Source: Thermofilum pendens Hrk 5
Lineage (GTDB): Archaea; Thermoproteota; Thermoprotei; Thermofilales; Thermofilaceae
DNA: 32,000 nt
Direction: 5' to 3'
Assembly (NCBI RefSeq): GCF_000015225.1
Contig: NC_008698.1
Coordinates: forward strand, 1,350,001 to 1,382,000
The notes beneath the pieces are model-generated. The model saw nothing but the letters and a program-made list of their open reading frames with translations, searched no databases and was not told the origin of the DNA. Positions 22,526 to 28,947 of this stretch are shown here, piece after piece (positions within the stretch are counted from its first letter, which is position 1; each line of letters opens with the position of its first letter). The position numbers and the translations under genes are program-made.

Positions 22526-24092
22526 CTTGAGGGGCGCCTTCACCGTTGCACGCTACTTGACGATGAACAGCCTGGGCGTGCTACGCAGGGGCAGGGCGCG
22601 CGTAGCCGCCTTCCTCCTCGCCGCTCTCCTCGCGGGCCTCTACGCGCTTATCGCCGTGCTCGCCGCCTACAGGGGTGACGCGTTCGCCTACGCGAGGAGG
22701 AGCCTCTCGGTGCAGGGCCTAGACAAGAGGAGCGCTGTAGAAACGCTCGCCGCCTTCCAGGCTCTCTCGCTGGCCGTGGTGGGGCTACTCCCGAGGACGG
22801 AGCTGACAGTCTCGGAGGAGGCTGAGTACGAGGTCCTGCTAACCCTCCCGGTGACGATGAGGGAGTACGTGCTCGGGAGAACGCTTCACCAAGCGCTACA
22901 GTCGCTAGCGGTGCAGCTAGTATTCCTCGTCCCCGGAGCATTCTACGCGGCGGTCTTCTCCGCCGGCAACGCCGCCAAGGTCCTGCTCCTGCCGGCCTCG
23001 TTCTTCCTCTACGTGGTGTTCACCGAGGTAGCGGCAGGCCTAGTCAACACAGCCAAGCTAGCGATGAGGGGGAAGGCGTGGGCGCTCAGAGCCGCCTTCC
23101 TGGCTTACCTGGTAGCCTCCGCGGCCCACTCGGCCGTGACCGGGACTGTATCCCCGCTCCTCGTGTACCCGGCCCTCCTCCCGGCGTCCTCCCTCGTGCA
23201 CTGCTTCACAGTCTCCGAGAGCGTGGGGCAGGTAGCCGCTGAGACCGGCCTCCTCGGCCTCGCTGTAGCCGCGCTCGTAGCCGCTCAGTACGCGCTGGCA
23301 GGCTTCGTGTCGCCGGAGGACGTGAAGCCCCTCTCGGAGAAGGTGAGGAGGCTGAGGCTGGGCAGGCTGGTCTCCGCGCGCATCAAGACCTACTCGTCGA
23401 GCCCCGGAGCCTCCGTGCTCAGGGTCGTCTTCCTGCGCCCGCTGGTCGGCGCCCAGGGGGCCTTGGCGGTCGCCGGGGCGGTTGCCGGCTGGCTCGCCGG
23501 GGTAGCGGCGAGAGCGCTCGCCCCGCGGCTGGACCCCCTCAGCTTGGCGGTCTTCGCCGTCGTGTTCTCAATGATGGTGATCCTCGTGGAGCTCCAGCTC
23601 TCGGTCCAGGAGGACTTCTCCCCGCTCTGGCTCTACAGGTCAGTGCCCGTGGACCTCAGGTACCTCGCGCTCGCATCCTCGCTGAAGGTATTCGTGTACT
23701 CGCTCGCCTCCTTCCTGGCGGCCGGGCTCCTGCTCTTCTCCTACACCGGCGAGCGCGTCTACCTCCTGTTACCCCTCTCCTCGGTCTTCGCCTCCGCGAC
23801 TGCCGGGGTGGCGACCACTCTACTCGTAGCCCTTGTGATGAGCAAGAGGAGGGTGGTTAGGTACTCTTCGAGGGGCTTCTACCTTGTCGAGGACGCCCTA
23901 GCGCTACTACTGCTGGCAGTCTCGGCGTCGCTATCGGCGCTCGGCGTATCCCTCTTCGAGCTAGCCGCCGCGTCCGGGGAGCGGTACGTCGCGCTGTACG
24001 CCCTCTCGTCCGCGGTTGCCGGAGCGGTCGTGCTGTTCGTGGGTGTAGGCGTGGCTGGAGAGCTCCTCGAAGAGAGAGACGTTGCCCAGTAA
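22518..24092 (+). CDS. Large polytopic membrane protein (524 aa, at least 10 predicted TM segments), putative permease partner of the preceding ATPase
   Basis: Highly hydrophobic, Ala/Leu/Val-rich with regularly spaced charged loops. Overlaps the ATPase gene by 8 nt. No specific family recognised; the ATG at 22563 is an alternative start. Confidence 0.7.
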   Translation: MCSLRGAFTVARYLTMNSLGVLRRGRARVAAFLLAALLAGLYALIAVLAAYRGDAFAYARRSLSVQGLDKRSAVETLAAFQALSLAVVGLLPRTELTVSEEAEYEVLLTLPVTMREYVLGRTLHQALQSLAVQLVFLVPGAFYAAVFSAGNAAKVLLLPASFFLYVVFTEVAAGLVNTAKLAMRGKAWALRAAFLAYLVASAAHSAVTGTVSPLLVYPALLPASSLVHCFTVSESVGQVAAETGLLGLAVAALVAAQYALAGFVSPEDVKPLSEKVRRLRLGRLVSARIKTYSSSPGASVLRVVFLRPLVGAQGALAVAGAVAGWLAGVAARALAPRLDPLSLAVFAVVFSMMVILVELQLSVQEDFSPLWLYRSVPVDLRYLALASSLKVFVYSLASFLAAGLLLFSYTGERVYLLLPLSSVFASATAGVATTLLVALVMSKRRVVRYSSRGFYLVEDALALLLLAVSASLSALGVSLFELAAASGERYVALYALSSAVAGAVVLFVGVGVAGELLEERDVAQ

Positions 24093-24100
24093 GCTCCGGG

Positions 24101-24796
24101 GTGGTCCGCGTGAAGGCAGTGGTAGCCCCTACCTACGCCTACGTTAAGAGCAGGGCTGGCGAGGCTGACCCACCGGTGAGCGTAGCCCTCGGAAAAGCGG
24201 TGGAAGTCGCAACCTCGAAGTACAACTACTACTATAGGAGGGCTAGGCGCCCCCCGCTGGGCTACGCGCAGAGGTGCGCCGTCGCCGTCCTCAAGGCGGA
24301 GCTGGAGAAGATGGGCTACAGGGCTTCCAGGGAGGAGGTCGAGGAGGCCGCGAGGAGGATCTGGAGGATGCTCGCGGCGTGGTCGAAGAGCCCCTACACC
24401 AGGTACCTGAAGCCGAAGACCCACGTCGTCATCTTCTTGAAGGAGGGCTTCGCGGGGGCTCTCTACGCCCAGCCGGACTTCAAGGACGAGTACACCGGGC
24501 ACTTCTACGAGGTGAAGAGCTTCGACGTGGAGCGGGAGCCCAGGCGCCACGTCTACTACCAGGCAGGCGTGTTCTCGCTCCTAGGGCCGCTGAGCCTCGT
24601 CTACTTCTCGGAGGACGGGGGCTACTACGTGCTGAGGGAGAAGGCCGTGCCGAGGGATACGGGGATCATAGACGACGTCGTCAGCTTCCTGGAAGGGAGG
24701 CCGGAGGGCTCGCGGGTAGTGGACCTCGAAGCCCTGAAGAAGGAGCACCCGTGGGTAGCCTACAGGAAGGTGAACGGTGACTGGGTGCGCGCCTAG
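24101..24796 (+). CDS. Hypothetical protein with a predicted PD-(D/E)xK (RecB/Cas4-like) nuclease core, no Cys cluster
   Basis: GTG start 8 nt after the stop of the membrane-protein gene. The segment THVVIFLKEGFAGALYAQPDFKDEYTGHFYEVKSF...HVYYQAGVFSLL has the strand-strand(D)-strand(ExK)-helix(QxxxF/Y) order of PD-(D/E)xK nucleases. The confidence given is for the CDS; the fold assignment is about 0.4. Confidence 0.6.
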   Translation: MVRVKAVVAPTYAYVKSRAGEADPPVSVALGKAVEVATSKYNYYYRRARRPPLGYAQRCAVAVLKAELEKMGYRASREEVEEAARRIWRMLAAWSKSPYTRYLKPKTHVVIFLKEGFAGALYAQPDFKDEYTGHFYEVKSFDVEREPRRHVYYQAGVFSLLGPLSLVYFSEDGGYYVLREKAVPRDTGIIDDVVSFLEGRPEGSRVVDLEALKKEHPWVAYRKVNGDWVRA

Positions 24797-25164
24797 ACGC
24801 GCAGACTGGAAATCCACGCCTCGTAGTCGAGGTACTCTAGGTAGGCTTCGATCTCCCAACTCTTCCTGAGCCGCTCGTCTCTGGAGTACACGGGTACGCC
24901 GTCCCTCAGAACCACGTAGACGAAGTCTAGGGGCGCGTTGTCGAGCGCTACGACGTCCACCTTTAAGCCAGTAGCCTTCTCGGGGTCGTCCTCGAGGCGT
25001 GCCTCGTCGACCACAGTGACCTCCCTGCCGAAGTAGACCGCGAAGTCCCAGTCGCTGTTCTCCCTCTCAAGCCCCCTAGCCCTAGAGCCGAAGAGGTAGG
25101 CGAAGAGCACGCCGTGCTTCTCGAAGACAGGCCTCAACTCCTCCCACGTTTCCGCAGGATCCAC
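24793..25164 (-). CDS. Minimal nucleotidyltransferase (MNT) domain protein, no adjacent HEPN gene
   Basis: FAYLFGSRARGLERENSDWDFAVYF carries the GS-x9-10-DxD signature. Its stop codon shares a CTAG with the convergent 24101-24796 gene. Confidence 0.85.
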   Translation of the reverse strand: MDPAETWEELRPVFEKHGVLFAYLFGSRARGLERENSDWDFAVYFGREVTVVDEARLEDDPEKATGLKVDVVALDNAPLDFVYVVLRDGVPVYSRDERLRKSWEIEAYLEYLDYEAWISSLRV

Positions 25165-25315
25165 GCCAGCCCCACAAGATACGTAACGTTGTCCAGCCTA
25201 TATGCCTCACGCGTATGTCTACACGATCGGCGTTCTTCTGACGGGGGAGAAACGCAAAGTATATAACATGGTATTACTAGATGTTGTTACTGTATGAGAA
25301 AAACGGTGATCCCCT

Positions 25316-26002
25316 GTGGTTAGCAAGGAGCTTCTGGAGAAGGCTAGGGAGTTCCACGGACACGTATGCCCATACCTCGTGCTGGGGCTGAGAGCATCGG
25401 AGATAGCTTTTGAGAAGCTCGGAGTCCGGGAGAGGCCCGGCGTCTCCGAGACTCTTGGCGAGGAGCTCGTAGCGATAGTAGAGGCTAACAACTGCTTCGC
25501 GGACGGAGTACAAGTCGCGACTGGCTGCACTTTCGGTAACAACGCTTTAATTTACCTGGACACCGGGAAGACCGCCCTCACTCTTTTCAGGAGGGGGGAG
25601 AAAAGGGGCGTAAGAGTTTACGTTGTACCGGAGAAAGTCGAGAGCCTCTATCCGCCACGCGCGTCGGAGCTGTGGAGGAAAGTTGTCGTGGAGGGTCGGG
25701 GTACGCGCGAGGACGCTGAAGAGCTGGACAAGCTCTTCGAGGAACTAGGCCTTAGGATGCTCGAGCTACCCGAGAGCTTCTTCAAGGTCGAGGAGGTGAG
25801 CTTCGAGGAGGAAGTGGAGAGAGCCCCTATTTTCGAGACTGTGAAGTGTAGCAAGTGCGGAGAGCTCGTGTGGAAGCCACGCGCCGTCTACGTGGACGGG
25901 AAGCCTCTCTGCGCGAGCTGCGCGGGTGTACCCGTACCCGCCGTTCTTGGGAGGGGCATCGTGGCTAGCTTCAGGATCCCGTTCAGGGTGATCGGGCGAT
26001 GA
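25316..26002 (+). CDS. FmdE/FwdE-family domain protein with C-terminal zinc ribbon
   Basis: FHGHVCPYLVLGLRASE matches the FmdE-family HGHxCPxxxxG hallmark (PF02663-like). C-terminal CSKCGELV...CASC. GTG start. Confidence 0.8.
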   Translation: MVSKELLEKAREFHGHVCPYLVLGLRASEIAFEKLGVRERPGVSETLGEELVAIVEANNCFADGVQVATGCTFGNNALIYLDTGKTALTLFRRGEKRGVRVYVVPEKVESLYPPRASELWRKVVVEGRGTREDAEELDKLFEELGLRMLELPESFFKVEEVSFEEEVERAPIFETVKCSKCGELVWKPRAVYVDGKPLCASCAGVPVPAVLGRGIVASFRIPFRVIGR

Positions 26003-27123
26003 AAGCCTGGAAGGTAGCCGTTTTGCTGTTAATCGTAGTGGCCATCGCGGGGGCCGCGCTCCTCTACTACCCGGCTGTGAAGCCCCGGGAGGAGCAGAAA
26101 CCCTCGGTGGTTTGGGTCGTCGACTATGCCGGGAGGAACGTGAGTGTACCGGCGAGGGTCTCAAGGGTGGTAGCCATAGGTCCCGGGGCGCTCAGGCTCG
26201 TATCGTACCTCGGCGCAGTAGACCTCGTCGTCGGGGTGGAGGATGCGGAGAAGACGTGGTCCGTCGTAGGGCGGGACTACGCCATGGTGTACTCGGAGTT
26301 CTTCAGGAAGTTGCCCACGATAGGCCCCGGGGGACCCAGGAGCCCTCCAAACCCGGAGCTTATAAGAAGCGTGAAGCCCGACCTCGTGATAATGTCGAGG
26401 GTCTACGTCGAGCTCTACGACCCGGACAGGCTCTCCCAGGAGGTGGGAGCACCCGTCGTCGTGGTGGACTATGGGATAGCCGGGTACCTCAACGCCTCTG
26501 AGTTTAAGAGGGCGATAACCTTGCTCGGAAAGATCCTCGGCAAGGAGGAACGGGCGAGAGAGCTCTGCTCGTACGTCGACAGCCTGGTCTCGGATCTCGC
26601 GAGCAGGGCGAAGGGTGTTGAGAAGAAGAGCATCTACGTCGGGGCCGTCTCCTACAAGGGCGCGCAACCCTTCACGGGTACGCAGGGGAAATTCCCGCCC
26701 CTCCAGCTCATAGGCACCGGTAGCATCGCCGACGAGACAGGTAAGGTGGGCTTTATCAACGTGGACTTTGAGTTCATACTGAAGAGGCAACCAGCCTACG
26801 TGTTCATAGACCTGAACAACCTTAACAACGTGCTCGACGACTTCAACAAGGATAAATCGAAGTACTGCGCGCTAGAGGCTTTCAGGGCGGGGAGGGTCTA
26901 CGCGATACTGCCGTTCAACTACTACCACACCAACGTGGCAACGGCGTTCGCCGACGCGTACTACATGGGCAAAGTCCTCTACCCCGACCGCTTCGCTGAC
27001 GTGGATCCGGCGAGGAAGGCGGACGAGATATACCAGAAGTTCCTTGGAAAGCCGATCTACAAGGACTTCGTGTCCGGGCTGGGAAGGGGCTTCGGGGACC
27101 TCTCCGACCTCTTCAAGTGTTAG
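25999..27123 (+). CDS. ABC importer substrate-binding protein, class III (BtuF/FepB/FhuD-like, PF01497-like), N-terminally membrane-anchored
   Basis: N-terminal TM AWKVAVLLLIVVAIAGAALLYY. RVVAIGPGALRLVSYLGAVDLVVGV and KPDLVIM are typical of this binding-protein family. 4-nt overlap (ATGA) with the FmdE-like gene. Confidence 0.85.
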   Translation: MKAWKVAVLLLIVVAIAGAALLYYPAVKPREEQKPSVVWVVDYAGRNVSVPARVSRVVAIGPGALRLVSYLGAVDLVVGVEDAEKTWSVVGRDYAMVYSEFFRKLPTIGPGGPRSPPNPELIRSVKPDLVIMSRVYVELYDPDRLSQEVGAPVVVVDYGIAGYLNASEFKRAITLLGKILGKEERARELCSYVDSLVSDLASRAKGVEKKSIYVGAVSYKGAQPFTGTQGKFPPLQLIGTGSIADETGKVGFINVDFEFILKRQPAYVFIDLNNLNNVLDDFNKDKSKYCALEAFRAGRVYAILPFNYYHTNVATAFADAYYMGKVLYPDRFADVDPARKADEIYQKFLGKPIYKDFVSGLGRGFGDLSDLFKC

Positions 27124-27126
27124 CGT

Positions 27127-28164
27127 ATGGAGATTGTAGAAAGCTTGCTTGGAAGGCGGAGCCTCGCGGTGCTTCTCCTGCTAGCGCTGGTAGCCGCGGC
27201 TCTGCCTCTCTCGATCCTCTCGGGAACTGTCTACAAGCCTTGGGATGTGCTCCGGCTACTACAGGAGGGGTCCAGCGACGCGGGCATAGTCCTCGCGCTA
27301 AGGGCTAGGAGGGCTTTCGTCGCGCTCCTAGTAGGTGCACTGCTGGGCGGGGCTGGCGCACTGACGCAAGCGAGTTTCCGCAACCCCATGGCCTCCCCCT
27401 TCACGCTCGGGATATCGCAGGCCTCGGCGCTCGGCGTAGCAGTGGCACTGGTCACGGGGATAGGCGGGACGGGCGGAGCCTGGGTGCTGACCTTTTCGCG
27501 CCCAACTCTCATCGCGCTCTTCGCGTTCGCATTCGCGGTCGTACAGGTATTCGTAGTGCTAGCCCTCTCCTGGAAGGCGGGCCTCGACCCGAGGGCCCTC
27601 GTGCTCTCGTCGATAGCCATCAGCTTCGTGTACCAGGCCGCGCTCTACCTCATGCAGTACCTGGTGCTCAACGAGGTACAGCTGGCAACCGTGATTTTCT
27701 GGACCTTCGGGGACCTTGGACGGGCCGGGTGGAGCGAGCTAGGAGTCCTCGCGGCCGGCGCCTCCGCGCTTCTGCCGGTCTACGTAGCTTTCCACAAGGA
27801 CCTGGACCTCCTGTCCTTCGGTGATGAGCTCGCGGCGTCCTCCGGCGTGAGCCCCAGAGCGACCCGCCTGGTAGTCACGCTGGTAGCCGCGCTCGGCGCA
27901 GCCCTAGCGACAGCGTTCGTCGGGATTCTGGCCTTCCTGTGCCTCGTATCCCCCCACCTGGCGAGGCTCTTCGTGGGCGGGAGGCACCGGTACCTCGTAC
28001 CGGCGTCCATGCTCACCGGTAGCCTCCTCCTTCTAGTGTCCGATGCCGCGTCGCGAAGCGTCCTATCCCCCGTCGTCCTGCCGGTCGGGATAGTGCTGTC
28101 GCTGATCGGTGCACCCGTGCTTGTAGCGCTGTTGCTGAGGGGTAGTGGCCGTGCCCCTACTTAA
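27127..28164 (+). CDS. FecCD/BtuC-family ABC importer permease
   Basis: 345 aa, about 9-10 TM segments. FRNPMASPFTLGISQASALGVA matches the FecCD conserved N-terminal motif. GAPVLVALLL at the C-terminus is also typical of the family. Confidence 0.9.
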   Translation: MEIVESLLGRRSLAVLLLLALVAAALPLSILSGTVYKPWDVLRLLQEGSSDAGIVLALRARRAFVALLVGALLGGAGALTQASFRNPMASPFTLGISQASALGVAVALVTGIGGTGGAWVLTFSRPTLIALFAFAFAVVQVFVVLALSWKAGLDPRALVLSSIAISFVYQAALYLMQYLVLNEVQLATVIFWTFGDLGRAGWSELGVLAAGASALLPVYVAFHKDLDLLSFGDELAASSGVSPRATRLVVTLVAALGAALATAFVGILAFLCLVSPHLARLFVGGRHRYLVPASMLTGSLLLLVSDAASRSVLSPVVLPVGIVLSLIGAPVLVALLLRGSGRAPT

Positions 28165-28915
28165 GGTTCTGGGAGTAACGGTGTACTACGGGGACTTCAA
28201 AGCTCTGGGAGGCGTGAGCTTCGATGTTGAAAGGGGGGAGATCCTCTCGATTATAGGGCCGAATGGCTCCGGCAAGACGACCCTCCTCAGGGCGATCGAC
28301 GGCATACTCAGACCGAGGCTGGGCGCAGTCTACCTGGATGGGAGGGAGATCGCCGGCATGGAGAGGCGAGAGATAGCGAGGATTATCGGCTACTCTCCGC
28401 AAAGGGTGGACGTGCAATCCTACGTGACCGTTCTGGATTTTGTGTTGACCGGTAGGAGGCCTTACGCGTCGTGGGACTACTCGGAAAGCGACTACCGGAA
28501 GGCGGTGGAAGCCTTAAGGGCTGTTAACGCCTCCCATCTAGCCGCGAGGCGCCTGGACCAGCTGAGCGGAGGGGAGTTCCGCAGGGTGGTTATAGCTAGG
28601 GCGCTGGCGGGGGAGCCGGACGTGCTACTCCTCGACGAGCCCACGAACGACCTGGACCCGAAGCACCAGGTAGAGATTCTGTCGGCTATCAGGCGGCTAG
28701 CCTCGGGGCGCGGGGTAGCCGTCGTGATGTGTCTTCACGACTTGACGCACGCGTACAGGTACTCGGACAAGATCCTCGCGATGAAGGATGGCTCCGTCTA
28801 CGCCTTTGGGAGGCCGGAGGACGTAATGAGGGAGGACCTGCTCCGGGAAGTCTACGGGGTAAGCCTAAAGGTGCTACCGGAGCACCGGGCGGTAATAATA
28901 GACCATAGCCTCTAA
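28145..28915 (+). CDS. ABC importer ATP-binding protein (FepC/BtuD-like)
   Basis: Walker A GPNGSGKTT, signature LSGGEFRRVVIARA, Walker B LLLDEPTNDLD, H-loop CLHDL. GTG start overlaps the permease gene by 20 nt. Confidence 0.9.
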   Translation: MAVPLLKVLGVTVYYGDFKALGGVSFDVERGEILSIIGPNGSGKTTLLRAIDGILRPRLGAVYLDGREIAGMERREIARIIGYSPQRVDVQSYVTVLDFVLTGRRPYASWDYSESDYRKAVEALRAVNASHLAARRLDQLSGGEFRRVVIARALAGEPDVLLLDEPTNDLDPKHQVEILSAIRRLASGRGVAVVMCLHDLTHAYRYSDKILAMKDGSVYAFGRPEDVMREDLLREVYGVSLKVLPEHRAVIIDHSL

Positions 28916-28917
28916 AC

Positions 28918-28926
28918 TTTTTAATA
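28918..28926 (+). promoter_or_regulatory. TATA-like box (tttttaata) for the P-type ATPase gene; may also serve as an oligo-T terminator for the upstream ABC operon
   Basis: Starts 3 nt after the TAA at 28913-28915 and ends 22 nt upstream of the GTG at 28948. Confidence 0.4.
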
Positions 28927-28947
28927 GGTCGGCTTTCTCAGATTTCC

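Noticed and set aside
21773-22543. 256-aa minus-strand ORF covering the ABC ATPase gene
   Set aside because: It is the mirror image of a gene with complete Walker A/B, signature and H-loop motifs. Its composition is Pro/Arg/His-rich and non-protein-like.
23879-24550. 223-aa minus-strand ORF spanning the junction between the membrane-protein gene and the PD-(D/E)xK-like gene (also 24274-24780 plus strand, 24581-24859 minus strand)
   Set aside because: Shadow frames with biased Arg/Pro/Gly composition. They cross a gene boundary and lack start-context support.
26161-26790. 209-aa minus-strand ORF inside the substrate-binding-protein gene
   Set aside because: It is antisense to a gene with clear family motifs and has no independent support.
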